Below, in pieces: positions 34,301 through 46,889 of a DNA stretch of 64,000 nt. The position numbers and the translations under genes were made by a program. The first letter of the stretch is position 1. Each line of letters opens with the position of its first letter. The stretch comes from Mobula hypostoma (lineage: Eukaryota), in NCBI RefSeq assembly GCF_963921235.1, contig NC_086110.1, positions 9,734,001 to 9,798,000 on the forward strand, read 5' to 3'. A model generated the notes under the pieces. The model was not told the origin of the DNA. It saw only the letters and a program-made list of their open reading frames with translations, and made no database searches.

Positions 34301-34982
34301 TTCACTGCAACTTTATTGCACTTCAACTCATCCCAATGGCTACACATTTGCCCTATCACCTGCCTGTCTTTCCTGACATCTTTACTGCTCACTATCATAG
34401 CTTTATTTCTGTTATCCCCTTCCTCTGCTCTATCATTCCGGTTCCCATCCCCCTGCCAAATTAGTTTAAACCCTCCCTAACAGCTCTATTAAACTTTCCC
34501 ACCAGGATATTGGTCCCCTTCGGGTTCAGGTGTAACCTGTCCTTTTTGAACAGGTCATACTTTCCCCAGAAGAGATCCCAATTATCCAAGAATCTGAAGC
34601 CCTGTCCCCTACACCAGTCTCTCAACCAGGCATTCATCTGCCTGATCCGATGACTCTTGCCCTCTCTAGCATGTGGCACAGGTAGCAATCCCGAGATTAC
34701 TACCCTGGAGGTCCTGCTTCTCAGCTTCCTTCCTAACTCCTGGAAATCTCTCTTCAGGACCTCCTCCTTTGTCCTATCTATGTCATTGGTACCAACATGT
34801 ACCAAGACAACTGGCTGCTCACCAATCACCATTCCCTCTGACCTTCCCTTCTCTGAGGCAGAACTTTCTGTCCTCAATGGTTCCACCTTTGTCCCGCTGC
34901 GCCCTCTCCTCAGTGAGTTCTGCGCCCGCCATGACGCTGAGCTCTTCTTCTGCCGCCTCAGTCTCCGAGCCTTGTTTCTTTA
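31388..34982 (-). mobile_element. CR1 LINE (ORF1 esterase end plus complete but frameshifted ORF2), inserted in a Penelope fragment
   Basis: VVLVHVGTNDI, LNARSIRNK, ITETWL, LNFQKAFHKVPH, KFADDTKIGG. (TCTTATGG)n tail at ~31388-31403; 8-bp TSD GCATAGAC at 31380-31387 and 34983-34990. The host Penelope sequence is 31267-31379 plus 34991-35160. Confidence 0.93.
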
Positions 34983-35534
34983 GCATAGACTCTCCACCCC
35001 ACACCAATGACCCCTTCTCCCATCTTCAACCCTCCTCAGCTTCATGGACACCCAGCCCTGGTCTTCTGCCTGCTCTGGACCTTTTCATTGCCAACCGCCG
35101 ACGGGACATCATCCGTCTAGAAACTCGCATTTCTACCTCCTACCCAAGATCCGCACACCACTGATATAGTTAGATCATTTGTTCCAGCTTGTTCCTGGCT
35201 GAAAAGAACAACTAAGAATAAAATGACTACCGCTAGTCTTAAGAGTCAGATGACTCGGCAGTACAATTTCTCAGGCAAGACAGAATACAAACAAGCAGTG
35301 AAGCGTTACTGTGTCAAACTTTCGACAAATACTACGACGGAATGAATGGGGTTAAATACTATCACAATAAAACAATAATTAGCTGACGTGCATATTCACG
35401 AGCGCAATTGCTGAATCCAATGCACTGCCAAATCCCTGGTTGTGGCACCATCATCTTGAGCCCAATGTCACTTCCATTGAAATTCCATCAATCACCTCTA
35501 TTGACCACTATGATTAATTAAACAACACTAGCAT

Positions 35535-36415
35535 TGTTTCTTCATCAGTGCTCAGCAGTGTTCCGGGACAAACCGTGATAACACAGTGAGAACTATGACA
35601 TAGAAGGCAACAAACTCTTTTATAGTATACCCACTGTATCGAAAGTTCCTCCAAATACCTATGGATTGTCATGGGAAAACATCTATAGAACCAGAGTGTA
35701 GACAGTACCTTCCTGTGGGGTGTTTCCTATCCTGAATTTGAGTGTGCTCAATCTGGATATAACAATGCAAAGTAGAACATCAACAATAACTTATCGGAGA
35801 TGCAAGGGGCTTCAAGATAACCATTTTCTCTCATTATTATTCCTAAAACAACTATGTGCAATATATAAACATCGCCAGAATATTGCCCTAATCGATGGTG
35901 CAGATAACCTTCATTCAATTACACGATATTTCACAGTTTACGACTCTTTGTCGATTACTGAAGCAAATTCTGAGGTACTTATGTATCAACAATTTGTACG
36001 TAAAGAGTACTGCGATAATTTGCAGGGAAAACAGATATTGAGGTAAAACAATGGTTTTCAGATAATAGTACATGTAAGTATTTTGTTCTCCCATCACAGT
36101 GCAGCGTTACACAGGAGCAACACTTTGAGCATTGCAGGGCGTGTCTTCTGGGCAAAATTAACACCGTGCATAACATTGTCATATGAGGTACAGAAAACAT
36201 AAATGGAAAGCTGGTAGTCTTGATTTTATGGACGTACTATCACTCATTCATATCAACACTGCATAAGGTACTGTTCTGTAGCTATAATTGTATCCCACTG
36301 AAAGGTGTTGGTATTGGCGTAAATGTAGGTTAAATGGAAACAAAATAGATTTTAGTTTATGCAGTGGTATCAGAATGGTATTATGCAAAGTGCAAATGTA
36401 TTTTAAGTATTGTAC
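35535..36415. repeat. Longest copy of an unidentified repeat family (other pieces at 650-990, 25285-25650, 26170-26313)
   Basis: Three different sub-segments align by eye to three other places in the window, in both orientations. Confidence 0.8.
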
Positions 36416-36559
36416 AACAGGAACTTTGTTTATACTTGGACAATGCTCTCAGTAAAAGATAGGATTACCCTGTTCATATGACCTCAGTTTGGCCCATCCA
36501 TCAGCCTGACCGAGACTGACAATTTCCCGTTGCAGAAGAAACTATTTCAGGGGGAATCT

Positions 36560-37000
36560 AACAATTTGATTCCCTTTGACAAATTTCACATGGTCCTGTG
36601 AATTATTAAGGAAGTGAAACATAATCGAAATTGTTGCTTCCAGTCAGACTGGAGAATGCAAATGAGGAAATCAAGGATCCAGTTGCACAGGCAGTATAGA
36701 GGCCTGGGTAATGGAATTTAATGATTAGGTTCAAGGGGATGATATAGAATGCCAAACAGTAGTCTCCAGAGAGCATCCTGATGTGTGCATCTTCATTTTC
36801 AAGTGTTCCATCTGATGTTGATCTGTTGAGATGGTGGATAATTTGGAGTGGATCTAAATCACTCCTCAGGGAGGAGTTGATATATTTCATGACCAACCCC
36901 TCCGAGCACTTCGTTACAGTTGATGTAAGTGCTCCTGGATGATAGCCATTGAAGCAGGCTATCATGTTCTTTGGGCAGGAAAACAATGCCGAGATGATGC
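36560..37000 (-). mobile_element. Rex1/Babar RT fragment
   Basis: FNGYHPGALTSTVTKCSEGLVMKYINSSLRSDLDPLQ...NRSTSD...IRMLSGDYCLAF. Confidence 0.8.
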
Positions 37001-37039
37001 TAGAAGCTGTACAAAAAGAAAGCTACAAACACGGTACAG

Positions 37040-38390
37040 TCATATTAACTCCAGAAAGAGGTGACAGTAGAACTCAGCTCAGGCAAAATAGACAAGCGAA
37101 ATAAAGAGCAGGTAAAATGTCCAATTACAGGAGATGTCACATGTCTCCATTCCATGTCAAAGAGCTCTGTTCAACAAAAGAATTGGAAGGTTGGATTCGC
37201 TAAATGCTGTTCAGTGACTGAAGAAGTACCCGGAGCTGCTCACAGGCCTGGAGTTATTGAAAGAATAGTGCCTTATCTAACTGAGGCCAGGCCCTGCTCT
37301 TTGACCACAGCAAGGTGTATACCAGTCCCATTGATGAACACAGTCAAAGCTGAACTTGAGAGAATTGAGGACTTATTGATTGGTGTGCAGGAATTATTCC
37401 AGTTCACAAGCAAAATGGCACAATGAGAATCTGTGTTGACCTAACAAAATTGTATAATGCAGTGAACCGGGAGAGTTTATTCTGCACTCCGTTGAGCACA
37501 TATTAGGTATGCAGATAGAGCAAAGCTCTTCACCAAACTAGATGCAAATTCAAGGTTCTGACAGATCCATTTAGCTCCTGAGTCACAGAAGCTCACAACA
37601 TTTATCACACTATATGAATGCTATACCTTCAGGAGACTCCCTGTTTGGCATCTCATTAACTATTTCAGATGAACATTAACCAAATATTGGAGGGGCTCGA
37701 AGGAGTAGTCTGCCACATGGATGATATACTCATCTCAGGAGGCTCAAGAGAGGAATATGACCGAAGAGTGAAAGCTGCCTTGGAGAAACTGAAATAGGCT
37801 ACAATCACCCTGAATAAAAAGAAATGCCAATTTACAAAGTTACAGGTGAAGTTATTGGGCCACCAAATGTCCTCAGAGTGACTGTAACCAGGTTTAGATG
37901 AACTGGCAGTGGTTCAAAACATGGAACAACCTATGAATGTATCAGAGATCCACAGTTTCATTGGCATGGTAAACCAGCTGGGAAACCTCATTCCAGATTT
38001 GGCAGAGAAAACAAAGCCACTGCGAGACATTTTCTCTGAGAAACGTTTGGTCCTAGTATGCACCACGGGAGATATTAGTATCATTTAAAGCAGAGCTTAT
38101 CTCTCCAACAACCTTGCTAATTTTTTATCTGAACAAAGCAACCAATGTCTTAGCAAATGCCTCTTCCTTTGGCCTAGGTGGAATACTCGTGCAGCACTGC
38201 AGTGGTGTAGTGAAATTGGTGGCAAATGCATCAAAAACTCTACTTCCCTTTGAGCAGCATTACGTACAAATTAAAATCGAAAACAAGACGTTGGCTCTCA
38301 TGTGGGCTTATGAACACTTCAACTGTTAATTCATAGGGACTAAGTTCCTACTGGAAACAGACCATACGCGACTTGTCAGCCTCCTTTGCT
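37040..38390 (+). mobile_element. Degenerate Ty3/Gypsy RT-RNase H fragment
   Basis: IPVPLMNTVKAELER; MRICVDLTKL; FTKLDANS; VCHMDDILI; TLNKKKCQF; NASSFGLGGILVQ; ANASKTL...Y.QI..KTLALMWAYEHF. Confidence 0.85.
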
Positions 38391-38395
38391 TAAAA

Positions 38396-38900
38396 TAGAA
38401 CATAGAACATAGAACAGTACAGCACAGTACAGGCCCTTTGGCCCAGAATGTTATGCTGACCCTTAAACCCTACCTCCCATATAACCCCCCCCACCTTATT
38501 TTCCTCCATATACCTGTCTAGCAGTCTCTTAAATTTCACTAGTGTATCTGCCTCCACCACTGACTCAGGCAGTGCATTCCACGCACCAACCACTCTCTAA
38601 GTAAAAAACCTTCCTCTAATATCCCCCTTGAACTTCCCACCCCTTACCTTAAAGCCGTGTCCTCTTGTACTGAGCAGTGGTGCCCCGGGGAAGATGCGCA
38701 GGCTGTCCACTCTATCTATTCCTCTTAATATTTTGTATACCTCTCATGTCTCCTCTCATCCTCCTTCTCTCCAAAGAGTAAAGCCCTAGCTCCCTTAATC
38801 TCTGATCATATTGCATACTCTCTAAACCAGGCAGCATCCTGGTAAATTTCCTCTGTGCCCTTTTCCAATGCTTCCACATCCTTCCTATAGCGAGGTGACT
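38396..38900 (-). mobile_element. CR1 3' end
   Basis: GLYSLERRRMRGD; GAWNALPESVVEADTLVKFKRLLDRYM; (TTCTATG)n tail at ~38396-38415. Confidence 0.92.
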
Positions 38901-39069
38901 TAGGTGACTTACTTCCACGTCTACAAAGATTCAGAATGAGGCTTATGCGATACTCTTATGACATGTCCCCGGCAAATAGTTCACTGCACCAAACTCTCTG
39001 TCGACGATGGCATGAGTGGACGGAAGCTGACTGACTCCACCCTCGTAAATGATATCTATGTCTACTTAT

Positions 39070-42000
39070 TGCTACATGCTCAAGGAGATCTGTTTCTTTT
39101 GTGAGAATGATGTAATGGTCTTTTGGAGGTCACCTGATGTGATTTTCCTGCCGATGTGAGGTCACGTGATGACATGTGCCCCCGTGACTATATAAGGGTC
39201 GACCCAGGTGATGCAGTTAGTTTTTGAGTTTGTAGATTTCCAGGTAGAACGTGTTGTGCCTCCGTTTCTGTTGCGTGTTTGTTTTTGTGACGCAGTTTCA
39301 TTTTTAAAATGGAAGGTGCATTATCTTAATAGATATTGTATTATTGAACTGAAAATTTGTGGCTGGAAGTGCCAATTTACTCAATTCCGACAGTTTTGAA
39401 GGGAGAGTGAAGAATTCATTGAAGTGAAGGATCGAGAGAAGTCAGCATCGTGTGGCAGTTTAATAAAGAATCGACCTTATTGAGTCCTCGTTGGAGAGAA
39501 TCTGCATCGAGATATCTCTTGCAAAAGGGCAATGAGTTCATGCAAAAAGGTGCTGTCTCTAAAAGGAATTTAAGGTCAGTTGATTTAAACTGTTTACTTT
39601 CGGCATCGGGAATCCTGTGGACAGAACCAGCAGTAAAGGTGCGTCTGTGGAGAAATCTTTCTCCAGAGAAGTCTCTCCCAATTGAACGTGTAAAACTGTT
39701 GGACTTTCGAAGTTATCGCTTTAAGAACTATATCTGACTGTATCGATTTAAGAACTTGTTTTTGCATTTAACGCTTTAAGAACCAGAGCCGAGTGGAGTT
39801 GGTGAACGGCTGCATACCTGTTAACCTCCGGTTAAAGTTTTCCTTTGTTTTTTTTTCCCTTATCATTTATACATGTTTAATAAATGTTTGGTTGTTTTTA
39901 TAAAACCTGTCTCGATTCATTGTTGCCGGTTATGTAACATAATTTGTGGGGGCTCGTGGGATAAGTTCCGATTTTGAGTTTATATTCTGGTAATTGCCAT
40001 TTTGATTTGGAAAAGGGGAATACCCAATTTTTTTTGGTTTGATTGGTGTGTGTGTTGTATTCGGCAACAATGGATATTGATGGTTTTTGGAAGGCGCCTG
40101 ACTCGGGATTTTTAGAGACTGCAAGAAAACCTGTGGTATTGGAGATTGCTAAGAAGCTGGATATTAAAGGGATTATGAGAAATTCCACCAAGGCTTTCAT
40201 ACAAAGAAAAATTGCTGAACATTGTATTAATTTGGAATTGTTTGATCAGGAGGTGTTAGATAAGATTCCACTGAGTAATCTGGAAATGCAGTTGCATCTT
40301 GAACAGTTAAAGTTTGAAACATTTAAAGTGGAAATGGCCGAAAGAGAGGCTAATAAAAAAAGGGAATTCGAGGAAAGAGAAGCCCTTAAAAAAAAAAGGA
40401 ATTTGAAGAAAGAAAAACTGAAAACCAGAGGAAATTCGAGCTAGAGATGCAGAAATTAAAGTTCGGGAGTCAGTCTTCTGGTTCTACGAAACAATTTATT
40501 GCTAGTCATGAGGTTGTTTTGGCTCCTCCATTTAATGAAGCTGATGTGGATGCATATTTCCAACATTTCAAAACAGTTGCTCTGAGTCTAAAGTGGCCAA
40601 AAGACCAATGGCCAGTGATGTTACAAAGTGTAATTGAAGGCAAGGCACAACAAGTTTATACAGCTTTAAATGCTGAGCAAGCACTGGATTATGATATTGT
40701 TAAAGAGAATATATTAAAGGCATACGAGATGGTTCCGGAAGCATATAGATAAAGATTTAGAAGTTTAAAGAAATTGGTGGAAAAAACTTATGTGGAATTT
40801 GCCTATGAGAAATCTGTGTTTTGAGAGATGGGTTTCCTCAAAAAATGTGAATGGGGAGTATAATAAATTGAAGGAGTTGATTTTGCAGGAGGAATTTAAA
40901 AGAAGCATTCCTGTTGAAGTGAGAACATACTTAAATGAACGGGACACTGCTACATTGCAGGAGATTGCTAAATTGGCTGATGAGTATGTTATAATTCACA
41001 AGAATAAATTTTCTCCAGGTAAATTTTTTAAAAGGAAAACTAGCACAGAGAGTCAAGGTAAATCAGACATTAAATTTGAAGTTAGTGAGAAAAGTAAGGA
41101 TGAAGGGAGACATGTGAATGAAAGACATTTTGGTATTATTTGTAATTATCGTAAGAAACCTGGACATGTAGTGGCTAATTGCTTCTGATTGAAAGGGAAA
41201 GAAGTGACCCCAGATGCTTGTGTGCAGCATATTGGAAAACCTGTAAAACCACAGGATTTAGAAAATATTAATGAGGATATGTCAGAGTCTGACCAAGTTA
41301 AGAAGGGATATGAAGCTTTTATAACAGAAGGATTTGTATCCTTGAAAGAAGGATCCAATGCAGTACCGATAAGGATACTTAGAGATACTGGAGCTTCACA
41401 ATCACTAATATTAGACAGTGTGCTAAGGTTTAGTGATGAGTCTGACATTGGTGAGGTAAATTATATAAGAGGAGTAGGGAGTGATCTTATGCCAGTACAT
41501 TTACACAGAGTAAATTTAAGGTCAGGATTTGTTACAGGGATTGTTAAAGTAGGACTACAATCCAGTTTACCTATGAATGATGTTTCTCTTTTGTTAGGGA
41601 ATGATTTAGCAGGTGGACAAGTTTTTCCTGAAGTGCATTTGACAATAAATTCAAATCCTGAGGAACCACAGAGGGATTCTAACACAGATTCTTCCTGTGT
41701 TGTAACAAGAGCTATGGCTAAAAAGACTGATGTAAAGGATGTGGTTGTTACCCACAACAGTTCAAATCAAGATTTGAATTTTGAGGATGTATCAGAAACT
41801 TTCTTACCTTCCTTATTTGGTCAGGATTTTGGTGGTAAGTCTGATCAGGAAGATTTGTCTTTATCTCGGAAGGAGATGATAGCAGAGCAGGGTAGGGATC
41901 CTGAGATAGTTAAATTAAAAGAACAAGCTCTTCCAGATAGTGAAATTGGAAAAGTACCAGTTGGATATTATTTTGAAAAGGGGATATTAATGAGAAAGTG

Positions 42001-44290
42001 GAGATCGCCTACAATTCCTGCTAGTGAGGAATGGGAAGTTAAGCATCAGGTTGTTGTTCCTAAAATTTACCAAAATGAGATTTTGACTATGGCTCATAGA
42101 ATTCCTTTGGGTGGTCATTTAGGAGTAAAGAAAACTATGAACAAAGTTTCTAAACATTTTTATTGGCCTAGTTTAAGACAAGATGTGGCGACATTTTGTA
42201 GAACATGTCATACATATAAAATTGTTGGTAAACCTAATCAGGTTACTCCAGTGGCTCCACTGCAACCAATTCCTGTATTTGGTGAGCCGATTTCAAAAAT
42301 CATTGTAGACTGTGCAGGTCCTTTGCCAAAAACTAAAACTAGACATCAATATTTGTTAACTATTGTGTGCACAGCATCTAGGTTTCCAGAGGCAGTACCT
42401 CTTAGGAATATAACAGCCAAAACTGTGACAAAGGCTCTTATAAAATTCTTCACCTATTTTGGGCTGCCTAAGGAAATACAATCAGATCAAGTTAGTAATT
42501 TTATGTCTGGGTTGTTTCAGCAGATAGTTTATAAACTGGGAGCAAAGCAGATTATTTCCTCAGCCTATCATCCAGAATCACAAGGAGCCTTGGAGAGGTT
42601 TCATTCTACACTAAAAATTAGGACATATTGTGTAGAAAATGAAAAGGATTGGGATGAAGGTATACATTTACTACTTGCAGTAAGGGAGGCAGTACAGGAA
42701 TCATTAGGTTTTAGTCCTTTTGAACATGTTTGGACATAGAGTTCGAGGACCTTTGGCTTTGTTGAAGGAACAGCGGATTAATAAAGAAGTACACACTAGT
42801 TTGTTAGATTATGTTTTGAAATTTAAAGAGAGATTGTACAAAGCTTGTAGTTTGGCCAAGAAAAATTTAAAGTTAGCTCAAGAGAAGATGAAGACGTGGT
42901 ATGATAAGGAAGCCAGGATGAGGTCATTTAAGCCTGGAGATAAAGTGTTGGTTCTTTTCCCAGTGCAAACAAACCCATTACAAGCCAAATTCCATGGTCT
43001 TTATGAGATTAAATGGAAGGTAAATGATGTGGATAATGTGGTTAAAAACTCCAGATCGGAGAAAGACAACACAGCTGTGTCATATAAATATGATAAATTC
43101 GTATTATGAGAGAGAAGTTGCTACTGTGACTGTTAAGGAAAAGGCTTAAGGAAATTAAACTCCAATTTAATAATCCAGTTTAATGTTACAGGAGTACAAT
43201 ATTTTGATCACTCATATTAAGGGTAAAGACAATGTGATCGCTGATTGTCTAGATGTTAAATGTACAATGAAAATTTGCTATTTTTTGGAGTGATATTTTA
43301 TCATTTGTAACACTCCTACTGCACATTAGTTTGTAAAGGGCTGAAAGATAAGATTGTATATATTGTGTGTTTTGTAAATTTTATACCTTTGTATTTTTTT
43401 GTATAAATTGTTAAAATTTTGTTCTTCAAGAGACCAAAATTTTTTCTGGAGGGAGGTGTTACATGCTCAAGGAGATCTGTTTTTTTTGTGAGAATGAGTA
43501 ATGGTCTTTTGGAGGTCACCTTATGTGATTTTCCCACCGATGTGAGGTCACGTGTCACCTGATGATATGTGCCTCGTAACTATGTAGGGGTCAACCCAGG
43601 TAACGCAGTTAGTTTTTGAGTTTGTAGATTTCCAGGAAGAACATGTTGTGCCTCTGTTTCTGTTGCATGTTTGTTTTTGCGATGCAGTTTCATTTGGAAA
43701 TTTGTGGCTTGAAGTGCCAATTTACTCAATTCCGACAGTTTTGAAGGGAGAGTGAAGAATTCATCGAAGTGAAGGATCGAGAGAAGTCAGCATCATGTGG
43801 CAGTTTAATAAATCGACCTTATTGAGTCTTCGTTAGAGAGAACCTGCATCGAGATAACTCTTGCAAAAGGGCAATGAGTTCATGCAAAAAGGTGCTCTCT
43901 CTCTCTAAAGGAATTTAAAGTCAGTTGATTTAAACTGTTTATTTTCGGCATCGGGAATCCTGTGTACGGAACCAGTAGTAAAGGTGCATCTGTGAAGAAA
44001 TCTTTCTCCAGAGAAGTATCTCCCAATTGAATGTGTAAAACTGTTGGACTTTCGAAGTTATCGCTTTAAGAACTATATCTGACTGTATTGCTTTAAGGAC
44101 TGTTTTTCGCATTTAACACTTTAAGAACCAGAGCCAAGTGGAGTTGGTGAACGGCTGCATATCTGTTAACCTCCAGTTAAAGTTTTCCTTTGTTTATTTT
44201 CCCCTTATCGTTTATACATGTTTAATAAATGTTTGGTTGTTTTTATAAAACCTGTCTCGATTAATATTCATTGTTGCCGGTTACGTAACA
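39070..44290 (+). mobile_element. Gmr1-type Gypsy LTR retrotransposon with RT deletion
   Basis: LTRs at 39070-39939 and 43457-44290; 4-bp TSD TTAT at 39066-39069 and 44291-44294. PBS TGGGGGCTCGTGGGAT at 39947-39962; PPT at 43448-43456. Order is gag-protease-integrase, then the RNase H C-terminus (LQEYNILITHIKGKDNVIADCL) just before the PPT. Confidence 0.95.
40043..43109 (+). pseudogene. gag-protease-integrase of the Gmr1-type element (stops and frameshifts)
   Basis: WPVMLQSVIEGKAQQVY; CNYRKKPGHVVANC; ILRDTGASQSLIL; HRIPLGGHLG...CRTCHT; IIVDCAGPLP; IQSDQ; GALERFHSTLK; FKPGDKVLVL. Confidence 0.92.
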
Positions 44291-44445
44291 TTATCGTGAA
44301 TCACAGAGTAAACTAGACTAAATCTGTGCTGAGCTGAAAAAGGATCAAATCTGCTGCAAGGTCATGCAATACTCATGGATGGTCAGCTGTTCTGAAAGGA
44401 GCTCACAAACTCAGCCCTTGCTGGGTTTGAAAGTCACACACTCAC

Positions 44446-44847
44446 CATTCTAGATGGCTTGCCGCTGAAGGGCTCCAGACTCGTTATTCCTGCATCTCTG
44501 CCACCTAAGAGCAAGTAAATGCTTGTGGTGGCCTGGTCTGAGTCCACAGCTGGGAGATTATGTAAATAAGAATAGACTGTTACCGCTGAAGTATTGAGGG
44601 AGACATGAGATAGCAAACAAGTATAATTTGTGTTGTTCTGAGCTGGCTGCAGCACTGTCAAGTGTTTGAAACTCATGAAGTCCCTGGGTGTTCTTCATTG
44701 TCTTGGCCTGTATGTCCATAACTACTTCAGTGCCACTTTTATACCAAGTAGGCGAGAAGTTATTGGGATAAAGGGCAACTGTTTCACACACAATAATGTG
44801 GGTGGTAGCTGAATTCTTTTTCACAAATATCTTTAGTGGAGTTGGTA
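44446..44847 (-). pseudogene. Gene B: Ig C1-set exon (possibly with a decayed TM segment), frameshifted
   Basis: Acceptor ttccattatctgttccgccgcAG, phase 1. Frame 1: VPTPLKIFVKKNSATTHIIVCETVALYPNNFSPTWYKSG...GLHE. After a frameshift near 44670: KHLTVLQPAQNNTNYTCLLSHVSLNTS...SIYLLLGG...SRM. Donor GTGAGT. C..YP...W and YTC..SH.SL are C1 signatures. Confidence 0.85.
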
Positions 44848-45069
44848 CTGCGGCGGAACAGATAATGGAAAAAAGTTAAATGATGTTGCGATATTGAAAT
44901 ATTTTCCTTAAATTAACATCTAGTGCATTAAAAATGATGGTTGCATTTGAAGAAATGTTCTTAAAATAATCCATATCAACTACTAATACCTGATCCTCAT
45001 TCATATGCTGCATGTCTCTACCTCAGCGATAATGATGCTACTTCAGATATTCATATTGTATATTTTTTG

Positions 45070-45918
45070 GAGTGCAAAGACTTCATCCAATAACCATGAC
45101 AACAGGCATCACGTCGAAATTCTAAATTTGTTTCACACATGTAGTGAAGAGTAAACTGCAGTTCAATTATGTGAAGATATCAGGACACTGGAGCAGGGAT
45201 CCAATTGCAGACCCAGTACTGTGCACACAGTGATATTAATTGATCAACAAATCCCAAGGTGCAAACAAAGTCGGCGTCAAAGTTCAGGCAGAGTTCAAAA
45301 CATCCAGAGAAAACCAAAAACCAGAATCGGGAAACAGGAGAGTTGATATTCAGATGGACAAAGAACAGATACGAATGCTGGAAAGGCTCAGGGAAATTCA
45401 TTGGCACAATCTGGCGACAAACAGGTGAAAACACAGGACTAAAATACACTGAGCAATAGACAGAGAGGCAGATGATAGGTGGAGCACAATGAGACAGAAG
45501 TGGCAGCAAAACAGGTAATAACGAAAAACAAGTGAGAGGCGGAGTACTCAGTAATACAGGGGCCGGAGTAGAGCAGGAGTGGGGACAGGAGCACATAGGG
45601 CATGAAAACAAACAAGAGCACATGGCAATACAAAACCACAGACTGATGGCTGGGGGAAAACACACAAAAATACAAATTTCAACTGGAGGTACCAACAGAA
45701 AATGAGTAAGTAAGCGGCTTTATAGTAACATACTCTGTAGAGGTACAGAAGGTGGTGAATATAATATGATTTTGTAATCTCCAGATAGCTTCACCATGCT
45801 ATTTGCAGACTATTGAGGGAGTGTGCAGCTCAGTTTCGACTTTTCCACGCTCCTATTCATAATGCCAAGTAGTTGCCAGCATTGAGTTGCACGCTCTTTC
45901 AAATCCATTACATTTAAT
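45070..45918 (-). pseudogene. Gene B: degenerate Ig V exon split by a solo LTR
   Basis: Upstream of the LTR: ...ATQ...KLSCTLPQ*SANSMVKL(fs)WRLQ, with the same Cys-to-Trp spacing (15) as gene A (CVFPISQDESWVKVYW). Downstream of the LTR: LHIIELQFTLHYMCE (E/F strands with YxC). It lies ~220 bp upstream of the C1 exon. Exon ends are approximate. Confidence 0.55.
45178..45697 (-). mobile_element. Solo LTR (Gypsy-type, 520 bp)
   Basis: On the minus strand it begins TGTTGGTACC and ends CCTGATA (CA degenerated). Near-TSD GAAGA at 45173-45177 and GAAAA at 45698-45702. Confidence 0.75.
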
Positions 45919-45959
45919 CTATAGTTCACGGAATGTCAAACAGTAAATACAGCAGTCAG

Positions 45960-46650
45960 AGATTAGATTACAGTGGTAGGGATGTTTGAAATTGAGCCTT
46001 AATCCAGGCAAGTGCCATGTGATGCATATCAGTAAGTCACAAAGGGACAGGGCACATACAAGAAATGTTGGGCTGCTAAGAAATGTTGTTCAACAGGGAA
46101 ACCTTTGGGTTCAAAGTGGCAACACAGGATAGTGCAGAATGCTTACTTTCCTAGGTTAGGACGTAGAATATAAAAGTTGGAATGCAATTTTGGAATTTTA
46201 TATCATTCTTTTTAAATAACATTAGGATTATCCAGGATAGTCCTGTCTCCACAATATAGAAGGATATATTAGGCCACAGGGAATGGGGATTACTCTTTAA
46301 ATTTTTTTTCTTGGAATGGGAGGACTTCGGCTATAAGAAAAGATGGTATCGCCTAAGTTTCCTCAAAATGAAAGGTTGAGGGTGAACTAATAGTATAAAA
46401 AATTAAATGAGATGAAGCATAGAAAGGCTGGACATCTACTATGGTTTATTCAATAGTAGGAGGATAAGAAACAAGCTAGTGTATACTTGGAAGAAGGGTC
46501 GGGAATTTTGAAAAGGATTGGGGAGAGATTTGAGAGGCATTTAGACAGACCCTCATAAAGTAGGGCATTGAAAGTCGTGGGTCTAATGTGATGGAGATTG
46601 GTGCAGGTGGGCAAAGAGAAGCACAGACATGTTTGACCAACATGTCTTTT
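45960..46650 (+). mobile_element. Highly degenerate CR1 3' fragments
   Basis: Residual CR1 3' ORF2/UTR similarity (...gtagaatataaaagttgg..., ...catttagacag..., ...ggcaaagagaagcacagacatg). Confidence 0.5.
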
Positions 46651-46889
46651 CAGTCTTGTATAAATCTGCATCACTTTAAGCAGCAATTACTTCAGACTGC
46701 GTGTTTGTAGAAAGATGTTTTAAGGTGAATGGTTTTGAAACATGTTTTTGAATATTTTTCCCATATTTACTTGGTGATCTGTCTAATTTACTTTAGGATG
46801 TACGATTTATTTTTCTAACATTATACACTAGTTCTTGGCATTGCCTAATTTTAGATTCCAATCAAAAAAACAATTATTTCTATTTTACA

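Noticed and set aside
38907-38930. Minus-strand AG|ACGTGGAA|GTAAGT, an apparent 8-nt micro-exon downstream of gene B
   Set aside because: It lies at the edge of a CR1 fragment and has no supporting frame or homology; consistent with chance.
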